From positions 1,373,996-1,437,995 of the forward strand of contig JAQGDQ010000013.1 of assembly GCA_030141605.1 (NCBI GenBank): 64,000 nt of DNA, read 5' to 3'. Shown here one piece after another: positions 52,446 to 61,333 of the stretch. The translations under genes were made by a program, and so were the position numbers. The notes beneath the pieces were generated by a model. It saw only the letters and a list, made by a program, of their open reading frames with translations, was not told where the DNA came from and ran no database searches. Numbering within the stretch: the first letter of the stretch is position 1; each line of letters opens with the position of its first letter. Source of the stretch: Tubiluchus corallicola. Its lineage: Eukaryota; Animalia; Priapulida.

Positions 52446-53185
52446 GAAAAAATGAAGAACTTGACTACATTAATGACCGGTGAAAAGAAAAATTGTTACA
52501 AGTCAGACATCTAATGAATAAATGCATGTAATACAAGATAAAGGCATTAAATTGGGAAAAGACAACCAAAAGATCAGAGAAAAATAGACTTTACACCTTA
52601 TAAAGGTGCCCGCCTTTGATACGTGGAGAGAGTGGAGCATCGCAAACGCAATCGCAGTCTGAACAGATGAGCTAATACTCACAGTTTCAAAGCTGACTGC
52701 AATTCATCAGCTGATTTCTGGCAAAATTATAGTAACATCTGCATAAAGTAAAAGATCCTAATATCAGTATAATTCAGAAAAAATACCACTACTGTAATAT
52801 TCTCTAAAAAAATATAATCATCGGAATTTTAATATTGTTTACACGCACTATGGACGCAGCCATTATGGATGCTCTTATGTTATGCACATCTTCGCTATTC
52901 GGCGAGCACACCAGATGCTGACCGAAAGATAAACACAGGGCGATGAAACTTTAGAACCCGGTGAATTCCCGGTTTGGAAAACAAGAAAATAAAAACAAAA
53001 AGGATCAAACATAAGCTGATAAATTAGATTAAATGTAGACAAACATATGCGCTGTTAAAAAAGAGCAAAACAAATTGATGAAATTATAATTAGAAGACTG
53101 AAAGTAACAAAGTGTAATGAACAGCCCACCCCTCGGTTACAATGCACAATCCATGGTAACTTAGCGACGCCGACGCTCAGGCGGC

Positions 53186-53194
53186 TATATAAAG
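53186..53194 (+). promoter_or_regulatory. LTR TATA box (TATATAAAG)
   Basis: Consensus TATA in GC-rich context, 90 bp upstream of the leader ATG; duplicated at 63131-63139. Confidence 0.75.
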
Positions 53195-53275
53195 GGAGGG
53201 CCAGGCCATTGACCACACACATCCGAACATTTTCAAAGTGATAAAGAGCTACAGCAACTGAAGATTCATCTAAAC

Positions 53276-53298
53276 ATGGAAAAGAAGCAGGATGAGAA
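53276..53298 (+). CDS. Predicted LTR leader exon (MEKKQDE-) of the spliced ORF3 protein
   Basis: AAACATGG Kozak context; GTAAGT donor at 53299 in phase 2, matching the phase-2 acceptor at 61333/61334. Confidence 0.7.
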
Positions 53299-53371
53299 GT
53301 AAGTTTTAACTTACTAGATAAAGCTAGCTTTCAAAACTAGCTAGGATGTGTCAGGAATCTAGAACCTAGAA

Positions 53372-54798
53372 AAGAGTTCCAGAAATGAAAAGAGTTTCAG
53401 AAACACTAGGTTCTAGAAACCAAAAGAGAAGCTAGAAAAGGGTTTCAGGATTGAAGCAGTTGCAGAGACAAAAAGAGTTCCAGAAAGTTTCTAGATTTAA
53501 AAGAGTTGCTGAGAGTTCCAGGAAAATCCAAGATTTAAAAGAGTTGCTGAGAGTTCCAGGAAAATCCAAGATTTAAAAGAGTTGCTGAGAGTTCCAGGAA
53601 AATCCAAGATCAAAAGAGTTCCAGTAATTTCCAGGAATTAAAAGAGTTCCAGTAATTTCCAGGAATTAAAAGAGTTCCAGAATTAAAAGAGTTGCAGAAA
53701 TTTCCTGGAATTAAAAGAGTTGCAGAAATTTCCTGGAATTAAAAGAGTTGCAGAAATTTCCTGGAATTAAAAGAGTTGCAGAAATTTCCTGGAATTAAAA
53801 GAGTTGCAGAAAGTTCCAGAATAAAAGAGTTCCAGAATTAAAAGAGTTGCAGAAAGTTTAGAGAATAAAAAGTTTCCAGAATTAAAAAGGGGTTACGAGA
53901 AATTTCTGGAATTAAAAGAGTTGCAAAGTTCTGGAATTAAAGTTAGAAATTTCCTGGAATTAAAAGAGTTGCAGAAAGTTCCAGAATAAAAGAGTTCCAG
54001 AATTAAAAGAGTTGCAGAAATTTCCTGGAATTAAAAGAGTTGCAGAAAGTTCCAGAATAAAAGAGTTGCAGAATAGAAGAGTTCCAGAATTAAAAGAGTT
54101 CCAGAATTAAAAGAGTTGCAGAATAAAAGAGTTCCAGAATTAAAAGAGTTGCAGAATAGAAGAGTTCCAGAATTAAAAGAGTTGCAGAATAGAAGAGTTC
54201 CAGAATTAAAAGAGTTGCAGAATTGAAAAGAGTTGCAGAATTAAAAGAGTTCCAGAATTAAAAGAGTTGCAGAATAGAAGAGTTCCAGTAATTTCCAGGA
54301 ATTAAAAGAGTTCCAGAATTAAAAGAGTTGCAGAAATTTCCTGGAATTAAAAGAGTTGCAGAAAGTTCCAGAATAAAAGAGTTGCAGAATAGAAGAGTTC
54401 CAGAATTAAAAGAGTTCCAGAATTAAAAGAGTTGCAGAATAAAAGAGTTCCAGAATTAAAAGAGTTGCAGAATAAAAGAGTTCCAGAATTAAAAGAGTTG
54501 CAGAATAAAAGAGTTCCAGAATTAAAAGAGTTGCAGAATAGAAGAGTTCCAGAATTAAAAGAGTTCCAGAATTAAAAGAGTTGCAGAATTAAAAGAGTTG
54601 CAGAATAAAAGAGTTCCAGAATTAAAAGAGTTGCAGAATTAAAAGAGTTGCAGAATAAAAGAGTTCCAGAATTAAAAGAGTTGCAGAATAGAAGAGTTCC
54701 AGAATGAAAGAGTTCCAGAATTAAAAGAGTTGCAGAATAGAAAAGTTGCAGAAAATTCCTGGAATGAAAAAGTTCCACTTAAAAAAAAAAGTTGCAGA
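53372..54798. repeat. Tandem array inside the 5' LTR (16/17-, 28- and 38-bp units on an AAAAGAGTT(G/C)CAG core)
   Basis: Directly visible; also present in the 3' LTR from ~63317. Confidence 0.95.
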
Positions 54799-55313
54799 TC
54801 ACAAGTCAGCTAGCTATTGATCCGGGGTTATTCGAGATCTTATACAAATAAGTGAAAGAAGAGACTGGATCATAGTTTTGCTCACTTTTAGTTAAATGTG
54901 GAACAGGAACATAGTACCTATACACAGGACTGGCATGAAAATTGCAACTGCTTAATCTTACTGAAACCTGGACTCTAGCATTCTTTGCATGACCAATTTC
55001 AATTGCTATAGAAGATTTCTTTAACTAGAAACAAGAATAGTATTGATGATATTGTGGATGTTACCTAACTAAAATTAGCTGTATTTTATAGTAAAGTCAA
55101 TAGAATAAATTATTTTTAATCTTAGTTCACTTGTTGTTGCTTTTACTCAGTTTAAATTTGAATTACAAGTAGCCTCAAGATATTGTCAAAGCTGAACCCA
55201 ACATTTTTTTTATGTAAAAATAAAGTAAAATAAAGTTAGTTGCAGAAGTCAATGATAGGTGGCACTTTAACCTAATATCATACCCTTAAGCCGAGCTGTG
55301 CCACACTACATTT

Positions 55314-55331
55314 TGGGGGCTCGTCCGGGAT
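55314..55331 (+). promoter_or_regulatory. Primer binding site, tRNA-Pro
   Basis: TGGGGGCTCGTCCGGGAT is the 18-nt complement of the tRNA-Pro 3' end (same as the MLV PBS). Confidence 0.95.
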
Positions 55332-55401
55332 TTTGAATTTTGTTTTGAGGCATTGTGATTCAAACTGAGTAAGAACGGCAAGCTGTAATAAAATTGGTAA
55401 A

Positions 55402-56829
55402 ATGACAGCTATATTATCCTACTTAAAATCCTTTCTGACTTCCACTCCTAAAAGTAGCACTGATACAATTGTGGGAGCACAAAATACAGAGGTCCACACA
55501 GAAAATGCTATGCATAAGATGGAAACAGATGGAGCAGAACAAGATAGAAAATTCAGCAAGAGAAGAGCAACACTCCCAGCAGCACTGCAAAAAGAAGAAA
55601 GCTTGCAGCCGACTACATTACAGATAACACCATCTGTAAAACCAAAAACAACTTTATCCAATCTCGGTACACCTAGTACTGAAAGCAAGCGAAAACGTGC
55701 GAGACATACAGGCTGGATTGAAGCACCACCTGTAGAAGTACATTCACCATGGTCAGAATGGTCAACAGAGGGAAATGCATCAGAAGCTGGTGAAGAAGTA
55801 GAACCAAGATGGCCACATATAAGTTATACAACACCAAATCAGCCTGAAGTTGGATGGACACCACTGCCCCATCTTACCAGACAGTCAACTCCAACTGCGA
55901 CAACACAAGCAAAAGGAGCAGGCAAAATACGCAAAGAAAAGAAGCCTCCTACTTTTAAAACAGGAGATGGCTTGCAGTTCAGACAATTTATTGCAAAGTT
56001 TGAACTAGTTGCAAAACACAACAATTGGCCAAGAACTGAATGGGTTACCCACCTACCCTTATGCTTGGAAGGGGATGCACTTGAAGTTGCAATGGAAATG
56101 GATTTGGATTCTGGTGAAGTGACTTACATGTCACTCATCCAAGCACTGGGTAAACGTTTTGATCCAGCTGAACGCATGCTACAACATCGCAGTGAGCTGA
56201 GGCATCGAATGAGAAAATTAAGTGAAACTCCGGAAGAATTTGGAGCTACAGTTCGACGTTTGTTTGGCTTAGCCTATCCTGGTTTGTCAAAAGAAGCTAG
56301 TGAAGCTTTACTAATTGATAAATACCTGGAAGGACTTGGTGACATAGAAGTCAGAAAGCATGCCAGCCTCCAGGAACCAAAAACGCTTGAGGATGCAATA
56401 ACAAAAGTTGCACAATATGAGGCAGTGACTAAGGAGGCCGCCGAAGCTAGAAGCAAGAAGCCGCTACAACCGAGAATCAACCAAGTGAATTATACACACA
56501 AAGCATCATCAAGCAAAGAAATAACTTTGGAAGAAATTATGAAAGAGCTGACCAGTGTAAAATACCAGCTGCGTGAACTCACTAATAATGAAAAACAAGA
56601 AAAGAAGTTTAATGTTGAATCAAATATGCAAAAACAAAATGAGGTGAGAAATCAAAATGACTGGCGTGCGAAGGTTGAATGTTACTACTGTCACAAGCCT
56701 GGACATGTGATGAGATTTTGCAGAGAAAGATTTCCCAAGATGACACAGTTTTCGATAGCTACATCTCCAAAAAGACCAAGAGAAGAAGCTGTTGGTTCTG
56801 AAAACCAGGTATGCAAGCAGTTAAACTAA
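55402..56829 (+). CDS. gag: Gag (capsid-like domain and CCHC nucleocapsid knuckle), 475 aa
   Basis: F..KFELVA..NNW...L...LEGDAL capsid motif; CYYCHKPGHVMRFC. Confidence 0.95.
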   Translation: MTAILSYLKSFLTSTPKSSTDTIVGAQNTEVHTENAMHKMETDGAEQDRKFSKRRATLPAALQKEESLQPTTLQITPSVKPKTTLSNLGTPSTESKRKRARHTGWIEAPPVEVHSPWSEWSTEGNASEAGEEVEPRWPHISYTTPNQPEVGWTPLPHLTRQSTPTATTQAKGAGKIRKEKKPPTFKTGDGLQFRQFIAKFELVAKHNNWPRTEWVTHLPLCLEGDALEVAMEMDLDSGEVTYMSLIQALGKRFDPAERMLQHRSELRHRMRKLSETPEEFGATVRRLFGLAYPGLSKEASEALLIDKYLEGLGDIEVRKHASLQEPKTLEDAITKVAQYEAVTKEAAEARSKKPLQPRINQVNYTHKASSSKEITLEEIMKELTSVKYQLRELTNNEKQEKKFNVESNMQKQNEVRNQNDWRAKVECYYCHKPGHVMRFCRERFPKMTQFSIATSPKRPREEAVGSENQVCKQLN

Positions 56830-59800
56830 AGGAGACCGGGCACGGGGCCAGTGTCCCGGTCATGAATACACAGGCCTCAGGAATACTACCTTGCACTGGC
56901 CCCGTGACGGGAAAGCAAGAGGTAGTTGTAGCTCTGAACAAAGAAGAAGTAGTTATTCCTCCTCACTCCGATCTGATAAAAAAGAGAAGTGAGAACATTG
57001 TAGTTCTACCAGTAGATTATAAATATTGTTGGCATGTAGAATTATTAATCAACAGTTTAGATGTAGATTTTGTAATCGATAGTGGAGCCAGTGCTAGCAT
57101 ATTAGATGTTTACATGTATTATAGTATTCCGGAAGAAGAAAGACCAGTCTTGAAAAGCGCCAAAAAGAATCTTCAAGCAGCTAGTGGACACACACTGATT
57201 CAAATGGGAGAAGCTGAATTCCAAGTTATATTAGCTGGAATAAGTACCACTAGTACAATGATTGTCGCTTCCATTGGAGGGCTCTTCGGAATTTTAGGAT
57301 TGGATTTTCTTGAACCAAGAAGTGCTGTGCTAGATATGCAGCAAGGAATTCTCCATATTGGTGAAGTTACTATACAATGTTTCAAGAATTCAGTGGATAG
57401 TTCAGATTATGAACATGAGTCTTCTTCAGATAATCAGATTGACTTAGTGTTGCCAGAAAATATTGGTGAAAGGGCAGCTCCAAAATCTCTGCTCCCTGAG
57501 CACTTGCATCAACTAATAGAAGAAATCAGCTCTAAGCTTTCACCTAGCGAGCAATCTTCTCTCATAAATTTGATACAGGAATATCAGGATATATTTGTGG
57601 GGCCCGATAATAAATATGGCAGGACAAACTTGGTAAGACACGTTATTGACACTGGTACTGAGCACCCAGTTAAACAAGCTCCGAGAAGACTGGCTGAACA
57701 GAAAAGAGCCATTGCTGAAGCTGAAATAAATAAAATGCTCAAAGAACAAATTATTGAACACAGCAACAGTCCCTGGGCCTCACCGATCGTGTTGGTGACT
57801 AAAAAGGATGGCTCCACACGATTTTGCGTTGATTATTGTCAGTTAAATGAAAAGACAATTAAAGATGGGTTTCCACTGCCAAACATTCAAGAGATTTTTG
57901 ACACATTACGTGGGTCCCACTGGTTCTCTACTTTCGACCTAGCTAGCGGGTATTGGCAAGTTGAAATGGATGAAACGTCGAAGCCTAAAACAGCTTTTGT
58001 TACACGACAAGGATTATTTCAGTTTCGAGTGATGCCGTTTGGCCTTTGTAATGCACCAGCCACATTTGAGAGGTTAATGGAAGAAGTACTTAGAGGCTTA
58101 CAATGGAAGAATTGTCTTGTCTATCTCGATGATATTATTGTTTTTGGCAAAAACTTTGAAGAGGCTAAAAATAATTTAAAGACAGTATTTTCTCGCTTGA
58201 GGAAAGCAAATTTGAAAATCAAGCCATCAAAAAGCACACTGTTTCAGACAAGTGTTCGGTTCCTAGGGCATGTAGTGGATAGTCAAGGCATCCGATGTGA
58301 TCCAGACAAAATACTGGCTGTAAAGAATTGGACATTCCCAAAAACACCTACACAAGTACGTAGCTTCTTGGGATTTGCTTTATATTATAGAAAATTCATT
58401 CCACATTTTGCCTCAATTGCAGACCCCCTTACTGCCTTGACAAAGAAAGGAGCAACATTTATTTGGAATGATTCATGTATGGCAGCATTTAACACCTTAA
58501 TAGATCTTTTAACACGAAGTCCTGCATTGGCATATCCAACACAGGAGGGAAAATTCATCTTAGATACAGATGCCAGTAACTCTGGGATTGGAGCTGTTTT
58601 ATCCCAGTTACAAGTCGATGAAGAGAAAGTCATTGCTTATGCTAGTAGGACATTAAACCAGTCACAAAGGCAGTACTGTACTACAAAAAAAGAATTACTG
58701 GCTGTTATCACATTTGTAAAACAATTCCACCATTATCTATGGGGAAGACATTTTAGGATTCGGACTGATCATGCAGCACTAACTTGGCTCATCAATTTCA
58801 AGAACCCAGAAGGTATGATAGCAAGATGGTTATCTATTTTAGACACTTATGATTTTAGTGTTGAGCATAGAAAAGGAACACAACATGGGAATGCTGATGG
58901 ATTATCCAGAAAACCAAATACAAGGGTTAGCAAATGCCCAAGAGAGGACTGTAATGACGACAGGCATAAAGGCACGAAAGAAGCCCACAGTTCTAAAGAA
59001 ATTAGCAAGAGGACACGTAACGATATTTTAAAAGTTCCAAACAATGCTGAGTGTGATTTTATCTATGCAATACCAGCTGGAAATGGAGAAGAGGAAAGCA
59101 GTAGTTTCAGAAAAGGTAAAGTAAGATGTAGAAAAGAATGCTTATGCATGGAAGGTAATTCCAGAAAGGGGGAAGATGGACTTGACAATGTTTATGAAGA
59201 CCAGGAAGCAGCGCACAGACTGTGCATAACAGAGGCACCTACTTGTGGAAAGGATGCAGCGCACGACTTGTGTTCTGTAGAGGCTCCTGGTGATATCAGG
59301 GAAGCAGCGCAGAAATCGTGTTTGGTAGAGGCTCCTCCTCATATGGAAGAAGCAGCGCACGATTTGTGTTTAGGAGAGGCTCCCTATATGGCTGAGGAAG
59401 CAGCGCATGGTTCATGTTTTGTAGTGGCTCCCAGCAGAATATTGGCAAGTCAAGAAATAGAGGTAGAAGATGAAGAAGAGAAAAAGTTTGTTTTAGATTT
59501 GTCAAGAGAAGATGTTATTAACATGCAACAGGAAGAGGAAGCAGTTTTGTTATTCAAGGAGTTGAAAGAAGAAGATTTGGACCGACCCAGCTGGAAAGAT
59601 GTGAAAGATAAACACCCAGATTTCAAGGCATACTGGAACTTGTTTGATGTATTAGAGGTACGAGATGGATTGCTGTACAAGAAGTGGGAAACAGATGTAA
59701 CACCAAGTGCTCCTGTATACCAGATGGTTGTACCAACTGCATTACGAAGGAAATTATTTAGAGCTTTGCATGAAACCAGAACTGGTGCACACCAAGGAAT

Positions 59801-60965
59801 GCAGAGGAGTCTGTCATTATTAAAGCAACGGTATTACTGGCCAGGTTATCAGGCAGACATTAAAAGATGGTGCCTATATTGTGCTGCTTGTGCCAGAAGA
59901 AAACCTGGAAAAGGACCAAAAAGAGGTAAACTGCAACAACAGAGGGCAACTGGACCATTTGAAAGAATAGCAATAGACATTTTAGGACCACTAGAAGAGA
60001 CTGATAAGAAAAATAAGGTGGTGATGGTCGTCTGTGACTATTTTACAAAATGGGCCGAAGCCTATGCACTTCCTAATCACGAGGCATATACTGTTGCAGA
60101 TGTGTTGGTGACCGAATTTATATGCAGGTTTGGAGTACCAATTCAAATACATAGTGACCAAGGGCCAGACTTTGAGTCAAAGTTATTTCAAGAAATGTGT
60201 GCTGTTTTGCAGATTGACAAAACAAGGACAACCCCGTATCATCCACAATCAGATGGTCTCGTTGAGAGATTTATGAGGACATTACAGCAAATGCTGGCTA
60301 TATTTGTTAACGATCATCGTGATGACTGGGATGACCACCTCCCTTATGTCATGATGGCATACAGGGCAACCGCACATGCGTCTACCAATTGCTCGCCAAA
60401 CTTAATGATGTTTGGTAGGGAAAACCATTTGCCATTAGATGTGATGGTGGGACCTCCACCACAGCCAGAAAGACCTACACAGTGTCCACAGGAATACGTA
60501 GAATGGATAAGAGATGTTATAAAAGAGGCACACAATTTTGCTCGAGAATCACTGGGAAAAGCTGCAGAAAGACAAAAACGAGATTATGATCAATTTGTGA
60601 AAAGGCTTAGCATTGATAAAGGTAACTGGGTATGGTACTGGTATCCACCAGCTACCAGGAGAAAATTAGGCCAAGGCTGGCAAGGCCCATATCTAGTACT
60701 AAAGAAGATTAATAATGTGACATACCAAATCCAGAGAGATGCAAAAGCTCCTGTTAAAGTAGTTCATATTGACAACTTGAAGCTTTATCATACTGATGAA
60801 CCACCAATAGACTGGACAGAAATAGAGAAACTAGCAAATTCTGATGATGAACAGCAACTAGAAGAATTTGAATTGAGTAGAATTTTTCCTACAGTTAATG
60901 AAGAAGTAGCAGAGAAAGAAGAAATGTATACAACAGGAACTACCACAATTCAAGAAAAAAAATGA
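56811..60965 (+). CDS. pol: Pol polyprotein (protease, RT, RNase H, integrase), -1 frame relative to gag
   Basis: IDSGAS; SPWASP, MPFGLCNAPATF, YLDD; DTDAS, ELLAV, TDH, ADGLSR; HHCC, IDILG, SDQG, VERF, WQGPY. Confidence 0.97.
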   Translation: MQAVKLKETGHGASVPVMNTQASGILPCTGPVTGKQEVVVALNKEEVVIPPHSDLIKKRSENIVVLPVDYKYCWHVELLINSLDVDFVIDSGASASILDVYMYYSIPEEERPVLKSAKKNLQAASGHTLIQMGEAEFQVILAGISTTSTMIVASIGGLFGILGLDFLEPRSAVLDMQQGILHIGEVTIQCFKNSVDSSDYEHESSSDNQIDLVLPENIGERAAPKSLLPEHLHQLIEEISSKLSPSEQSSLINLIQEYQDIFVGPDNKYGRTNLVRHVIDTGTEHPVKQAPRRLAEQKRAIAEAEINKMLKEQIIEHSNSPWASPIVLVTKKDGSTRFCVDYCQLNEKTIKDGFPLPNIQEIFDTLRGSHWFSTFDLASGYWQVEMDETSKPKTAFVTRQGLFQFRVMPFGLCNAPATFERLMEEVLRGLQWKNCLVYLDDIIVFGKNFEEAKNNLKTVFSRLRKANLKIKPSKSTLFQTSVRFLGHVVDSQGIRCDPDKILAVKNWTFPKTPTQVRSFLGFALYYRKFIPHFASIADPLTALTKKGATFIWNDSCMAAFNTLIDLLTRSPALAYPTQEGKFILDTDASNSGIGAVLSQLQVDEEKVIAYASRTLNQSQRQYCTTKKELLAVITFVKQFHHYLWGRHFRIRTDHAALTWLINFKNPEGMIARWLSILDTYDFSVEHRKGTQHGNADGLSRKPNTRVSKCPREDCNDDRHKGTKEAHSSKEISKRTRNDILKVPNNAECDFIYAIPAGNGEEESSSFRKGKVRCRKECLCMEGNSRKGEDGLDNVYEDQEAAHRLCITEAPTCGKDAAHDLCSVEAPGDIREAAQKSCLVEAPPHMEEAAHDLCLGEAPYMAEEAAHGSCFVVAPSRILASQEIEVEDEEEKKFVLDLSREDVINMQQEEEAVLLFKELKEEDLDRPSWKDVKDKHPDFKAYWNLFDVLEVRDGLLYKKWETDVTPSAPVYQMVVPTALRRKLFRALHETRTGAHQGMQRSLSLLKQRYYWPGYQADIKRWCLYCAACARRKPGKGPKRGKLQQQRATGPFERIAIDILGPLEETDKKNKVVMVVCDYFTKWAEAYALPNHEAYTVADVLVTEFICRFGVPIQIHSDQGPDFESKLFQEMCAVLQIDKTRTTPYHPQSDGLVERFMRTLQQMLAIFVNDHRDDWDDHLPYVMMAYRATAHASTNCSPNLMMFGRENHLPLDVMVGPPPQPERPTQCPQEYVEWIRDVIKEAHNFARESLGKAAERQKRDYDQFVKRLSIDKGNWVWYWYPPATRRKLGQGWQGPYLVLKKINNVTYQIQRDAKAPVKVVHIDNLKLYHTDEPPIDWTEIEKLANSDDEQQLEEFELSRIFPTVNEEVAEKEEMYTTGTTTIQEKK
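56820..56906 (+). promoter_or_regulatory. -1 ribosomal frameshift signal: G_UUA_AAC plus predicted H-type pseudoknot
   Basis: Heptamer 56820-56826 in gag phase; 7-nt spacer; stem 56834-40 with 56855-61; loop 56841-53 complementary to 56894-906. Confidence 0.85.
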
Positions 60966-61333
60966 TGAACCGTCCAGTAGCACTTCTGACACAATGCTAG
61001 GAAGAGGACAGCGGATGAGGAAACCTCCAAACAGACTTGACCTATAACTTAACCATATTTTCTTCCTTTCCTCTGCTGCTGCATTAATTTTCTGTTAAAA
61101 GCTGTTATCTGGATTAGTTGCCCTGGGCAAGGCATTAAACTGCATCCAGCATAAAAAAAAAAAAAATATAGAAAAGTATGAGTTAGTGACACTTGATAAT
61201 CACATGTCACTTAGAAATGTATCACTTATTACAATTACAATGTAGAAAAAAAAAAGAAATAGGCAAAGGTACCTTAGTAAAAAAAACCGTGGAAAATGAA
61301 GTTATTAAAACACTATTATTTTGTCTATTTTAG

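Larger units (their letters stand above)
52793..55310 (+). repeat. 5' LTR (2518 bp, TGTA...TACA)
   Basis: Start matches 62736; ends in CA three bases before the PBS. Confidence 0.93.

Noticed and set aside
52788-52792. Target-site duplication of the LTR element
   Set aside because: Cannot be confirmed because the 3' LTR end is outside the window.
53850-53960. Distinct sub-repeat within the 5' LTR array
   Set aside because: Scattered single-base indels look like low-quality consensus rather than real structure.
56811-56813. Independent pol initiation at ATG 56811
   Set aside because: It lies just upstream of a -1 slippery site and pseudoknot; Gag-Pol fusion is the expected route.
55419-60535. 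Short antisense ORFs within gag/pol
   Set aside because: 60-89 aa shadows of the coding strand with no motifs.
60790-60965. Chromodomain at the integrase C-terminus
   Set aside because: No aromatic-cage motif after GPY; the tail is acidic and low-complexity.
61296-61333. ATG 61296 as the ORF3 start
   Set aside because: The first 13 codons overlap a T-rich acceptor tract, and an in-phase LTR leader exon explains the frame better. Not fully excluded.
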